Below, one piece after another: positions 32,481 through 42,133 of a stretch of 64,000 nt of DNA. Origin of the DNA: a virus (Duplodnaviria > Caudoviricetes); the IMG/VR virus record IMGVR_UViG_3300028833_000053; one strand, given 5' to 3'. The notes beneath the pieces were generated by a model that was not told the origin of the DNA, did no database searches, and was given only the letters and a program-made list of their open reading frames with translations. The translations under genes were made by a program, and so were the position numbers. Numbering within the stretch: the stretch's first letter is position 1; the number at the start of each line of letters is the position of its first letter.

Positions 32481-32751
32481 TGTGAAATCAGACAACGAGA
32501 TTCTTCTGCTTTGCGATTGTTCCTCTTGCGAGCATCAGTTGATTGTCTCTTGGAACAACGATGACAAGGAAGTTTATGTTCAGGTGCATCTTTCAACCTA
32601 CAAGGGTTTTTGGAAACGCCTTTGGGGTGGATTGAAATACGCATTTGGGCATAGGTCCCGCTATGGGGATTTTGACGAAGTTATCTTGCGCAAGTCCGAC
32701 GCGGAGAATCTGCAAAAAGTTGTTGACCATCTTAAATCAAAACCTCAATGA
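32470..32751 (+). CDS. Hypothetical protein
   Basis: CDC..CEH; followed by bidirectional terminator at 32753-32789. Confidence 0.65.
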   Translation: MRVDVKSDNEILLLCDCSSCEHQLIVSWNNDDKEVYVQVHLSTYKGFWKRLWGGLKYAFGHRSRYGDFDEVILRKSDAENLQKVVDHLKSKPQ

Positions 32752-32821
32752 AAAGAGGAGGCTGTGGTTCAATCCGTCAGCCTCCTCTTCAATTTTGGAT
32801 TCGGGAAAGAACACACTTGAC

Positions 32822-33058
32822 TTAACGCGCATACGAAAAGCCGTCCTTGTATTTCTGATCTTCTTCATAGTGCGCCCCGTCCCATGTGGAATCCCCCGTC
32901 TTCAAGAGGTTCATAAGCCTCTGCGTCCAATATTTGAGTGGGTGCTTTGACCTGAACAAAATCTCGTCGGCAAGAAGTTCAAGCATGTGCCTGTACTCCT
33001 GTTCGCCGGCGGGCGTCAGTCCATGGCAAAGTTCCAATGTCTTTGTCTCGTATACCAT
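32822..33058 (-). CDS. Hypothetical protein
   Basis: Downstream of GTAAATA at 33097-33091. Confidence 0.55.
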   Translation of the reverse strand: MVYETKTLELCHGLTPAGEQEYRHMLELLADEILFRSKHPLKYWTQRLMNLLKTGDSTWDGAHYEEDQKYKDGFSYAR

Positions 33059-33161
33059 GATGTTGTGTGTATGTTGTGTGTTCTTGAATATATTTACCAT
33101 TTACAAGACAAGTGAAAAGGGGTATAATACACTGACGCAAACATCAACAAAGGCTATTGAT

Positions 33162-33392
33162 ATGGACAATGAAGGTTATACTGACGAGGAACTTGAGCAA
33201 ATGTTCAAGGAACGCGAAGAGGCAGAGGCTTCTGGCTTGTTTGACACCATAGAGGAACCCGACAAGGTGTTGAAGTTGACCGAGGAACAGGAATATGACT
33301 TGTGGATGGCAACTTCCTATTTGTCAAGATTGGCGCAACAAACAAATTCCTCGATGTCGGACCTATTGAAGGCTGGTGGATGCCAAGTCTGA
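33162..33392 (+). CDS. Hypothetical acidic protein
   Basis: Promoter TTTACA-17-TATAAT at 33100. Confidence 0.6.
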   Translation: MDNEGYTDEELEQMFKEREEAEASGLFDTIEEPDKVLKLTEEQEYDLWMATSYLSRLAQQTNSSMSDLLKAGGCQV

Positions 33393-33427
33393 AACGCATA
33401 TAATTCTAATGAAGGAAAGACAACGGA

Positions 33428-33724
33428 ATGAATCTACATAGACTATTCGCAGTGCATTGGTGTGATTTCACAACAAACGCCAAAACCATCCTTGGAGTGT
33501 TCAGGGACGAAAACAACGCAATCATGTTCAAGAACGACAAGGAGAAGGAACTTGCGGAAAGCAATGGCAACAACCTGCCTGATGGCAGGTATGAGATATG
33601 GCAGTTGGTCACGGACATTGACGTAGATGACATTATAAACCAAATCGTGAAGATCAACAGACTCAACAGACTCAACAGCATGACAAGCCACAACTACAAG
33701 ATTGGTGGAGTCACGAGGCATTGA
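33428..33724 (+). CDS. Hypothetical protein
   Basis: ORF with RBS. Confidence 0.6.
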   Translation: MNLHRLFAVHWCDFTTNAKTILGVFRDENNAIMFKNDKEKELAESNGNNLPDGRYEIWQLVTDIDVDDIINQIVKINRLNRLNSMTSHNYKIGGVTRH

Positions 33725-33747
33725 CAATTTGAAAGGACAAAACAACT

Positions 33748-34728
33748 ATGTCAGAAGATACAAGCAACGAAGAGCATAATGAACTCAACGCCCAGTACGA
33801 TGAGTTGAAGAAGGTTATGGACGATGCCGCACGAATCAAGACGGACATCAACTCCAACTACAAGGAAACACTTAAGAACATGAAAAGGGAATTCTCCGAG
33901 TTCATGTTTGACAACATCGACCAGAACTTCAGGAGAACCGCAGAACGTCTTGGACTGTTCAATGGCTTTGCGGACGTTGAGGACAAGAAGAAGCGCGAGA
34001 AGAAAGAGGACGCCGCGCTCAAGTCCTTCTTTGGCAAGATGTTCATGAAGTCAAAGGAGTTCGAGTACCTCAAGAAGGGTGGAAAGCCCAAGGAGACAAC
34101 TCCGCCAAAGTGCGATTCCTACGTTATGGACATCATCGCAAGCATCTACGCTTCAAGGTTGATTCCAGAGGTGAAACGTGCATTGGACACCGCCGGGGTT
34201 GAAATCAACTTCACCAAGCCGGTGACGCAGCTTGACCTTGAAAACAACGAGGACGATCAGAAGACCATAAAGGACTACATTGACCGCGGAGCGAACATAC
34301 AGAACGAAATCTTCGAGAAGAACGCGGAAATCGAGGATGTCATCTTTGAGAACATTCCCGACAGGATGAAGTTCTCGGAGACCAATCCAAAGGGTATCAA
34401 GAAAGCGCAGTTCAGTGCATTGGCGGAACTTCAGGCGAAGTCCGACGAGCTTTCCATGAACGGTGACGCCGACAAGGCTTCCGACATCGTGGAGAAGCAA
34501 TGCGACAAGCACCACGAAAACTCCAAGAACCAGGAAATGCTGGCAATCGTCACGGAACTCATCCTCACGCCAAATGGGGAATCTGGTCCGAAAGAACCAA
34601 TGAACTACGAAGAGGCTCTTGGTGGTACGGAGGAAGTTGAAGAACCAGAAGAGCATGAAGAGCGGGAAGTTGAGGAACAGAAGCCGGCAAAGAACCTCGA
34701 CAAGCTCGTTGGAGAGGACATGGACTGA
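33748..34728 (+). CDS. Hypothetical coiled-coil protein
   Basis: 326 aa; AAGGA RBS. Confidence 0.8.
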   Translation: MSEDTSNEEHNELNAQYDELKKVMDDAARIKTDINSNYKETLKNMKREFSEFMFDNIDQNFRRTAERLGLFNGFADVEDKKKREKKEDAALKSFFGKMFMKSKEFEYLKKGGKPKETTPPKCDSYVMDIIASIYASRLIPEVKRALDTAGVEINFTKPVTQLDLENNEDDQKTIKDYIDRGANIQNEIFEKNAEIEDVIFENIPDRMKFSETNPKGIKKAQFSALAELQAKSDELSMNGDADKASDIVEKQCDKHHENSKNQEMLAIVTELILTPNGESGPKEPMNYEEALGGTEEVEEPEEHEEREVEEQKPAKNLDKLVGEDMD

Positions 34729-35069
34729 TGGGCGAGTCCTATTCAACATTGGTTGTGCAGCCAATCGACTTGGTGCGGGCGTTCAAGCTGGATTTCTGCT
34801 TTGCGTCCGTAATCAAGTGGCTGACGAAGTGGCACATGGAGAAGAAAACGGAATACTTGACAAGGGCGAAATACTACATCAACCTTTGCGACAACACCGA
34901 AAATCCAATGGGGCTTCTCTTTTCGCTTCGTATGTACTGCATATTGAATGGCTTTATGAAGAAGGATGCGCAGTCTTGTTTCTTGATGGATGTATGCACT
35001 CTCATATTGAAGGGCGACAAGGACAGTGCCAACTTCCTTTTGCTTAAGGGATGGGCCGATGAGCATTGA
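34728..35069 (+). CDS. DUF3310 (SaV-like) protein
   Basis: QPID...DFC...VIKW...L.RAKYYI. Confidence 0.65.
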   Translation: MGESYSTLVVQPIDLVRAFKLDFCFASVIKWLTKWHMEKKTEYLTRAKYYINLCDNTENPMGLLFSLRMYCILNGFMKKDAQSCFLMDVCTLILKGDKDSANFLLLKGWADEH

Positions 35070-35778
35070 TTAGCAATACGAAGACGCAATCCTCGCCGGA
35101 AACAACTACCTTGGGATTTAGCTTGCCTTGAAACAAGCTGAAAGCCAAGGTTTTTCCGTTCCAGCATACCACGGTACGTACCAGACCTTTGATGAATTCA
35201 AGGAACATGACATCGGGTTCCATTTCTCAAAGGACATAACGATTGCATAGAACCGCCTTGACGATAAGTTTGACGAATGCGACTACACCAATCCGGAACG
35301 TATACTTCATGTTGCACTGTCCATACACAATCCAATTGTGGTAAAGGCGGACATTGGATCTTGGTCTGCGAAGGACATATTGGACGCAGCATCGTACAAA
35401 TACACCAAAACCCCATTTATGTCTCAAGACAGTATGTATTTGTATGAGCAGAAAGCCTGGGCATAGGCGGCGCACAAGGTGTTGAAATCCATTGGCATAG
35501 ACAAGGAAACGGCGCTTGAATTGCGTTCGGGATTAAATACCAGTCCCAAATTGAATTCAGAATACACAGACCATCTGAGACAAAAGTGCATTGAAAGCAA
35601 ATACGATGCCATAATATATCCAAATGATTTTGAATTGCAAGAGGGATTTGACCCTACTTGCTACATCGTTTTCCAGCCAAACCAGATAAAGAGCCTGGAG
35701 CCAACGTATCTCGGCGATGGGAGTCTAATGAGACTGTCAGACAGGTTCAACATCAACTCCCCGTTTTTGAGCCATTGA
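35059..35778 (+). CDS. ADP-ribosyltransferase-like (ART-PolyVal-like) protein, 239 aa, 4 in-frame TAG
   Basis: AYHGT...GFHFS...L.I.NP...YDAIIY.N..E...YIVF.PNQIKS; open only if TAG at 35071, 35119, 35248 and 35464 are sense. Confidence 0.72.
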
Positions 35779-35885
35779 AGGTAAATATATCTTGACACCA
35801 ACATTCCCCTTACGTGGAATGATACATAAGTCAAAATGTAAAACCAACGATACACACATCAAGGTTTCGGAGATAGAGGCACAAA

Positions 35886-36575
35886 ATGGCAGACATCAAC
35901 ATACCAGTGACGAATCCATCGTTGAACGCAAGTCTGAGCGATCAATCGAAGGTAGACGACTCCATCAAGCAGGAGAGCGTGGTGATAAACGCATCCAGCG
36001 GGTCCACAATCAACAACAACTCCGGAAACAAGCATGGGGAACTGACAAGAAAGACCTCTATGATTATAATGATTCTTCTGTCTGCCTTATGCGACTGCGG
36101 ACTTGGGTTCATTCTCTACAACCACCAGCTGGAGATACGGTATCAGTCCAAGTAGGAGCAGTAGACACTCTCGCATCAGATAGCAGATACGAACAGGGAA
36201 CTAAAATAGGCCATCAAGGACGCCCAAGCCGCGCATAAGTGTTTGCATGACGAGACATAGGCCGTAAAGAAGCAGACCGAGTTGATGAAAAATGAGACGA
36301 AGACCCAGACCGAGATTGTGAGGAAGGAGGCGAAAGAGGGGACGATATGGTTGTTGCGAGACGATATCATCAAGACAATAGATATCCATGAAGCCATGAA
36401 GAAGATAACTCCCAAGCAGTACAAGCGGTTGAAGGACGAGTTCGATTACTACACCTCAATTGGCGGCAACCACGATGTAAAGGAAAGGTTTGACGATTTC
36501 ACGACCAAGATTTACGGCACGGGCGAAGTCAAGATGATCAATGAAATCCAACTTCTACAGGAAGAAAAGAAATAA
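35886..36575 (+). CDS. Holin-like/lysis-associated membrane protein, 229 aa, 4 in-frame TAG
   Basis: TM segment + coiled coil + LLRD.I...Y...Y..IGGNH; TAG at 36153, 36162, 36207 and 36258. Confidence 0.65.
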
Positions 36576-36587
36576 GGGGAAACAATC

Positions 36588-36992
36588 ATGAAGAAACTCA
36601 TATACGTTGCGTCAATTTGCCTTGCACTTGTTTTGTGTGGATGCTTTGCCAAGGTCACGGTGAACAAGCGTCCAAACGTGGCACTTCCAATATACGATTC
36701 CTACAGCCAAATGTACTACCCCACCAACAAGCCAGTGATTGTCAACTACATGATTCTTGACCAGGGATATGAAGTGCAATACCGCAAGTTTGGATTCAAC
36801 ACGGACATCCAGTCAATGTCCGCCGAGATCACAACCAACAAGACCGTGAATTTCCAACTTGGGGGACTTCATTCAGTTTCTGCAACCACCAACAACATCA
36901 GTATAAAGTTGGATGAGATATTGAAGATTGCCCAATTGTTCAGGGATTCCACCAATGACGTAATTGTTATAGACCGTCAGGAATTGAAGTAA
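36588..36992 (+). CDS. Lipoprotein, possibly spanin-like
   Basis: Lipobox-like LCGC after a hydrophobic signal; next to the holin-like gene. Confidence 0.6.
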   Translation: MKKLIYVASICLALVLCGCFAKVTVNKRPNVALPIYDSYSQMYYPTNKPVIVNYMILDQGYEVQYRKFGFNTDIQSMSAEITTNKTVNFQLGGLHSVSATTNNISIKLDEILKIAQLFRDSTNDVIVIDRQELK

Positions 36993-37336
36993 AAATTTCC
37001 CAACATAAAATATTTTTCGTAACGCATATCGGATTTTCTCTTGATTTGCGTAAATATCCTTTGATGAAATGATGGAAGATTGGTTTTTCCACTTTATTTC
37101 TGACGCGAAAAGCTGTATAATTGAAAACGACATGAAGCATTGCAATACATATTGTGGATCAAGTTATTCCGCATCCCAAGTTTGGGGCGCGGAGAATGGA
37201 TCCATTTTGTTTGGCAACGCCGACCGTCGAGTGATCCTTCCCGCGCTGGAAAAAGAAGCAAAGTGGAATAGGAAGAAGAGGTCTACCATCATCTGAAGCG
37301 AAGAGAAGTTCAAGATAGACATAGGAAAGCAAGGAA

Positions 37337-37378
37337 GATGGGATGACCTGGAAGGAAAAAGGTCATCCCAAAATTTTT
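37337..37378 (+). terminator. Intrinsic terminator before the RNA region
   Basis: TGGGATGACC/GGTCATCCCA stem + T tract. Confidence 0.6.
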
Positions 37379-37401
37379 CTGAAAAATATTTTGAAACCCC
37401 C

Positions 37402-37562
37402 TTTACTTTGGAAACCGGATGTGATATACTGTGTGTGTTCTCTGCGAGAGGAAGGCTGATGAAACGAAGCCACCTCTGGCAGGTGAACGCGAGAGCCTGA
37501 GAAGCTGGGTAGAACCAGTGAGAAAGGCATCGTTCTTTGACAATTGAATGTTTTGACGTTTG
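37402..37562 (+). promoter_or_regulatory. RNA-operon promoter P1 + boxA + processing-stem leader
   Basis: TTTACT-17-TATACT; GTTCTTTGACAATTGAA at 37532; 37544-37562 complementary to 51986-52004. Confidence 0.7.
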
Positions 37563-37679
37563 GTTGTTCCCCCGCAAGGGGGAATGAACCAAAGCGATAA
37601 AGGAAAGACTAGGCTTTGTTGTGCGAGTCTCCCCTTTGGCGGCGAACGTCCAGAGGTCTAAAGCAAACATCCTTGCTAT

Positions 37680-37754
37680 CACGGTGTAGCAAAATGGTCT
37701 TGCAACGGACTTTTAATCCGTGAGATGCGGGTTCGAGTCCCGTCACCGTGACCA
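37680..37754 (+). tRNA. tRNA-Lys(TTT)
   Basis: Cloverleaf; ACGGA-CTTTTAA-TCCGT; CCA. Confidence 0.9.
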
Positions 37755-37803
37755 AATCAAGTGAAACGCCTAAAAACTTTTTTCAGAATTTTCCGAAACC
37801 CCC

Positions 37804-37942
37804 TTGCTTTTGGGGAACGGATATGGTATACTGTGTGTGTTGACGCGAAACAAGGTTTCCACGCGAAACAAGGTTTCCATCAACGCCGCTCTTTGAAGGT
37901 TGCGCGAGCAACCGGCAAGAACAAAGCTCTTTGACAACTGAA
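37804..37942 (+). promoter_or_regulatory. Promoter P2 + 18-nt tandem repeat + two boxA-like motifs
   Basis: TTGCTT-17-TATACT; ACGCGAAACAAGGTTTCC x2; GCTCTTTGA at 37888 and 37926. Confidence 0.65.
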
Positions 37943-38197
37943 TGATTCAATGTAGGAAAGACTGTTCCGCTTGGCGGAACATTCATCACGCAAGTCACCC
38001 CTTGGAGGAAACTCATAAGAGAACCTTGGGTCTAGCGCGGATGGTTCTACGATTTCAAACGATTCTTAAATTGGGCCGAAGCATCGGGCCCAAGCCAACG
38101 CGAGGCGATCAGTCCTTATCCACTGGCGTGGTTGCATACGAATGTGTGCAATGCGGGTTCGACTCCTGCGGTGGGATAGATGCTCCAATTTCAAGAT

Positions 38198-38273
38198 TGC
38201 GGGACGGTGCATCGGTTGCATATCGGGTTCATACCCCGAAGATGGTTGGGTTCGACTCCCACTCCCGCTACCA
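38198..38273 (+). tRNA. Initiator tRNA-fMet(CAT)
   Basis: 1:72 mismatch; GGG/CCC anticodon stem; CCA. Confidence 0.9.
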
Positions 38274-38881
38274 ATTTGGAATGACGACGTGAAGTTCTCT
38301 GGCAAGAGACGCGAACATACTGGACCGATAGTTCCCCAGAACGGGTCAAAGTTCATGATACTGAAGGTATGGGCGTTCCAATTCCATTTGAATCAAAGGT
38401 AAGGCGAATTTGCTCTGTGGTGTAAGCAAACACACCTCCTGACAATAGGAGGAATTGGCCTGCGATTGGTCTGGAGCAACCGTGGTATGAAAAATCCACA
38501 CCTCATATTAAAGGACAAAACGTCATTTGGAGTAATTGACCAGTTGGCGCCGAGAATATGATAGATTGCCTTTGAGAACGACCTTTCAAGGTCGTAAAGA
38601 ACGACCTTTTCAATTTGCGCAAAAGCCCAGACGTGGGCAAGGTTGTACGGTGAAGTACGTTATACCTGCGTTATAAAGGACATGAGCATCCGGACGATGC
38701 CGCCCCGAGAGTAAAATGGGGAAAGACCAGGGGTTCAACTCCCACATGTCCCAGCGAAATTTCAAATTGGTTGCGTTGCGCAACCTTGACGCGAATGGAA
38801 GCTGAAGAAGGTTTGAAATCGTAAGTTCAAATAGCGTTCAGCCCTTGGTCCGATTCCAAGGCGCGTCTTTACAATTTAGAT

Positions 38882-38969
38882 TCGGCAATACCCGAGTTGG
38901 TAGCAGGGGAGGGACTGTTAATCCCTTGGCGAAAGCCCGTCGCTGGTTCGAGTCCAGCTTGCCGAGCCA
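38882..38969 (+). tRNA. tRNA-Asn(GTT), long variable arm
   Basis: AGGGA-CTGTTAA-TCCCT; GGC-GAAA-GCC arm; CCA. Confidence 0.85.
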
Positions 38970-38976
38970 TTTCAAT

Positions 38977-39052
38977 GCTCCAGTAGCTCAATCGGCAGAG
39001 CATGGGACTCTTAATCCCGGGGTTGTGGGTCCGATTCCCACCTGGAGTACCA
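38977..39052 (+). tRNA. tRNA-Lys(CTT)
   Basis: Cloverleaf; CCA. Confidence 0.92.
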
Positions 39053-39055
39053 ATT

Positions 39056-39144
39056 TCCTTGCTGTTGCTGTTGGTTCAAATCCAACCTGGTCTGAAAGGC
39101 ATTGCCAGGACCGGAAAGCGATGCGATTGGTTTCAACAGCGGGA
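39056..39144 (+). ncRNA. Circularly permuted tRNA-like (YrlA-like) RNA
   Basis: Closing stem GCTGTTG/CAACAGC; order T arm, closed acceptor-like hairpin, D-like arm. Confidence 0.5.
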
Positions 39145-39403
39145 TTCTTTTCTTCAAACATTGAACGCCACACCTTTCGTATTAGTGGCTAGTACGCCCC
39201 GTGGCAGACGGGGAGAGGTTGGTTCGAGTCCAACAAGGTTAAAGCTGGCTTTCAATGTTTCGCGCCTTGCATCGGGCGCAGGTTGGCAAGGTGCGTGTTC
39301 TAGTTCGCGCAGTCCCAACTGAAACGTCCATATACGGCCTGAGTGATGATCACCACTCGTGGGTTCAACTCCCACTATGGAAGTAGATGCGGCCTTTCTA
39401 AAT

Positions 39404-39482
39404 GGTTCCGTAGACCAATTTTGGCAGAGTCACATGCTTGAGGTGCATGACAGTATGGGTTCGAGTCCCATCGGAACTACCA
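39404..39482 (+). tRNA. tRNA-Leu(GAG), short variable loop
   Basis: CATGC-TTGAGGT-GCATG; CCA. Confidence 0.85.
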
Positions 39483-39484
39483 AT

Positions 39485-39561
39485 GGATGCGTAGCCCAAC
39501 GGCAGGAGGCAAATGACTCAAAATCATTACAGTGTGGGTCCGAATCCCACCGCATCTACCA
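39485..39561 (+). tRNA. tRNA-Leu(CAA), short variable loop
   Basis: AATGA-CTCAAAA-TCATT; CCA. Confidence 0.88.
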
Positions 39562-39570
39562 TTTCAAACT

Positions 39571-39649
39571 GGTGGCGTAGCCCAATTTGGCAGGAGGCAG
39601 CGGTTTCAAACTCCGCGTAGTATGGGTTCGAGTCCCTTCGCCACTACCA
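39571..39649 (+). tRNA. tRNA-Leu(CAA) second copy, short variable loop
   Basis: GCGGT-TTCAAAC-TCCGC; CCA. Confidence 0.78.
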
Positions 39650-39667
39650 CTTTGTATAATTGGATGT

Positions 39668-39958
39668 ATGGAAAACGATATTGTTCTTGACTTCATACAT
39701 CGCAGGTTTCCAGACGATTGCCGTTGGCTCAATGGAAACTGCTACTTCTTCGCGTTGATTCTCCGCGAACGTTTCCCATGCGGGAAAATCCTCTATGATG
39801 TCATAGACGGGCATTTCGTTTGCGAGATTGATGGAAAGAAGTACGATTGGTCTGGAATCGTGAATGAATCTGGTGAACACCAATGGGTTGAATGGGACAG
39901 ATTCTACGAATACGACAATCTTCAATTTGAACGTGTGGTGAAAGACTGCACGATGTGA
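39668..39958 (+). CDS. Hypothetical protein (GNCY.FA..L motif)
   Basis: TATAAT directly upstream; near-leaderless. Confidence 0.7.
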   Translation: MENDIVLDFIHRRFPDDCRWLNGNCYFFALILRERFPCGKILYDVIDGHFVCEIDGKKYDWSGIVNESGEHQWVEWDRFYEYDNLQFERVVKDCTM

Positions 39959-39995
39959 AACATCGCATGATGCAGAGCATCACACGTTATGACAT

Positions 39996-40074
39996 GGCGG
40001 TGTAGCCCAACTTGGCAGGAGGCAGCACGTTCAGGGCGTGTGTAGTGTGGGTCCGAATCCCACCATCGCTACCA
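39996..40074 (+). tRNA. tRNA-Leu(CAG), short variable loop
   Basis: GCACG-TTCAGGG-CGTGT; CCA. Confidence 0.85.
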
Positions 40075-40076
40075 AT

Positions 40077-40154
40077 CAGTGAGTAGCTCAGTCTGGCTAG
40101 AGTGCCGGGCCCGGAACCCGTAGGTCGCAGGTTCAAATCCTGCCTCACTGACCA
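40077..40154 (+). tRNA. tRNA-Pro(CGG)
   Basis: Cloverleaf; unusual C33; CCA. Confidence 0.8.
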
Positions 40155-40169
40155 TTTTCAATTTCACAA

Positions 40170-40244
40170 GTCGGGATAGCATAATGGTGGTGCTAGGGAA
40201 TCATAATCCCTCGGTTGTGGGTTCGAGTCCCTCTCCCGACACCA
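40170..40244 (+). tRNA. tRNA-Met or Ile2 (CAT)
   Basis: AGGGA-ATCATAA-TCCCT; CCA. Confidence 0.85.
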
Positions 40245-40253
40245 AATTTCAAT

Positions 40254-40329
40254 TGGAGTATGGCGAAGTGGTTAACGCACTGGTCTGATACACCAGCATA
40301 CGATGGTTCGATCCCATCTACTCCAACCA
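40254..40329 (+). tRNA. tRNA-Ile(GAT)
   Basis: CTGGT-CTGATAC-ACCAG; CCA. Confidence 0.9.
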
Positions 40330-40339
40330 ATTTTCAAAA

Positions 40340-40427
40340 CGTCAGGTGCAGCTGAGTAGCGAAGGCCTGTGACTGTAAATCACAGACATTGGAAACAACG
40401 TAGGTGCGAGTCCTACCCTGACGACCA
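40340..40427 (+). tRNA. tRNA-Tyr(GTA) with C1:G72
   Basis: TGTGA-CTGTAAA-TCACA; long variable arm; CCA. Confidence 0.85.
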
Positions 40428-40476
40428 ATTTCAAGTAGTTCATTAGATTTACACTGTAAATCTTGTAAATACTATT

Positions 40477-41151
40477 ATGAACTACAATAAGATTTATAAT
40501 GATTTGATTTAGAAGCGAATTGATCATCCTCTTGAACGAACCTATGACGCTTCAATTGAGGAACATCATATTATTCCTCGATCATTTGGTGGTACAAATG
40601 ACAAGACTAATTTGGTCAATCTGACTTTACGAGAACACTTTGTTGCGCATCTCCTTCTATGGCGCATAAACAAAAATGATTATGTGAAATGTGGTAAAAT
40701 GATAAGTGCGTTATTCTTTATGATGAAGAGGGCGCATAAACTATCATCCAGATTATATGAGAAATTGAGAGTAATGGGTGGTTCTTGGAACGGAAGACAC
40801 CATTCTATTGAAGTGCGTGAAAAAATAAGAATGTCAATGACACCATCTGAATCTTCAAATCCCAGAGTTTGGGTATGCAAAAATGGCATGGTAAAATACA
40901 TACCCAAGGAAAAATTGAATGACTTCTTATAGAAGGGGTGGATTAGAGGTAGAATGGGATATAAACCAAGGAAAAATAAATAGGGAACGATAATAGAAGA
41001 TGGCATAACAAAGGCATTCTATAAAACATGTGAAGGTAGGGTTTATATTCATAACGAAATCTTGAAATAGACCAAACGAGTAATAAAAGACGATGTTTCT
41101 GAATTTTAGAGAAGTGGCTGGAAACTCGGAAGAAAAATATACAACAAATAA
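40477..41151 (+). CDS. HNH homing endonuclease (Mob-like), 224 aa, 5 in-frame TAG
   Basis: MNYNKIY...EEHHIIPRSFGG...NLV.LT.REHF.AH; NUMOD3-like segment; GW..GR repeats; TAG at 40510, 40930, 40981, 41068 and 41107. Confidence 0.85.
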
Positions 41152-41154
41152 TTT

Positions 41155-41331
41155 GAGAGGTAGCAGAATTGGCAGACGCGCCACCGCTGATGGTGGTAGC
41201 CCTTGACGATAACAAGCGGTTTTAGAAAACTGAACGCCCATGGGTTTTCGCTAGTTGGCAATGAAGGTAGCTCCTTCTGGTTCTATCCAACTGTTCGTCC
41301 TTGGCAGTGGTGGTTCAAGTCCACCCCTCTC
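41155..41331 (+). ncRNA. tRNA-like RNA with 112-nt variable-arm insertion
   Basis: GAGAGG/CCTCTC acceptor; D arm; CCACC/GGTGG; T arm GGTGG-TTCAAGT-CCACC; no CCA. Confidence 0.6.
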
Positions 41332-41472
41332 TTTCACTTTCCAAATGGCTTGATACTCAGGTAATTGATCCTGGCCCGTGCGTAAAACGGGTTCCCTGAC
41401 ATAATGAGTTGATGCATCGCTCGTTGGGGAGATAGCGGAGTAGATACCCGCAAGACAGCCACCAATTTCAAT

Positions 41473-41546
41473 GGACGGGTCGTAGAACGGTAATACTCCT
41501 GATTGAAGCTCAGGCATTGTTGGTTCGACTCCAACCTCGTCCACCA
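41473..41546 (+). tRNA. tRNA-Phe(GAA)
   Basis: CCTGA-TTGAAGC-TCAGG; CCA. Confidence 0.9.
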
Positions 41547-41552
41547 ATTTAC

Positions 41553-41626
41553 GGGCCGATAGTTCAACGGTAGAACGTCTCAATGGCATTGAGAAGATGG
41601 GAGTTCAATTCTCCCCGTGTCCACCA
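41553..41626 (+). tRNA. tRNA-Ala(GGC)
   Basis: G3:U70; CCA. Confidence 0.85.
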
Positions 41627-41770
41627 ATCTATGTTCAAGACCGCTTGACAGGGAGTTCCTTGGTTCGCAAGAACCTGAAAGCATAATACAGTAAATCCAT
41701 TGGCAGCAATCGCAAGGCAACGCGAGGTCGACCGCGTCCGAGGATGATGGAGGTCAAGAACGCCATTTAT

Positions 41771-41844
41771 GGGCCGCTAGTTCAGTGGTAGAACATCTGT
41801 TTCGCAGACAGAGGACTTGGGTTCGATTCCCAACGTGTCCACCA
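41771..41844 (+). tRNA. tRNA-Ala(CGC)
   Basis: G3:U70; TCTGT-TTCGCAG-ACAGA; CCA. Confidence 0.85.
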
Positions 41845-41887
41845 TTTATGGTACGTATCGCACAATGCGATACTTCCACCAATTTCA

Positions 41888-42133
41888 TGTCGCATAGTTC
41901 AAACCAAAAGAGAACAAAGGGACGATTGCATTGGGAACGATGCATTGTTAGTGTCACAAAAGCCGGGTTGGTTTCTTGCAGAAACCCTCCTGGTGAGGCA
42001 GGTGACCGCGTAGGGGTTGTTGATTGAGGTTGTCTGGAACTGCAAGAGCCCGGGCAATCTGACAAGAGCCTTCAACAGTAAGTCCCGGAATCCCCAAGAG
42101 ACAGTGGCGGTGAGACCCCGTCCGGCGACACCA
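41888..42133 (+). ncRNA. tRNA-like RNA with 158-nt domain replacing the anticodon loop
   Basis: GTCGC/GCGAC-ACCA; D stem GTTC/GAAC; GGGAC/GTCCC; T-like arm. Confidence 0.55.

Noticed and set aside
37454-37471. Hammerhead ribozyme core (CTGATGA...CGAA)
   Set aside because: No stem II between the motifs and no GAAA or cleavage triplet in register
37843-37878. 18-nt direct repeat as a CRISPR array
   Set aside because: Only two abutting copies, no spacers and no cas genes
39571-39649. Opal (TCA) suppressor or Sec reading of this tRNA
   Set aside because: Standard numbering from the D stem puts CAA at 34-36, and the body matches the neighbouring Leu tRNAs
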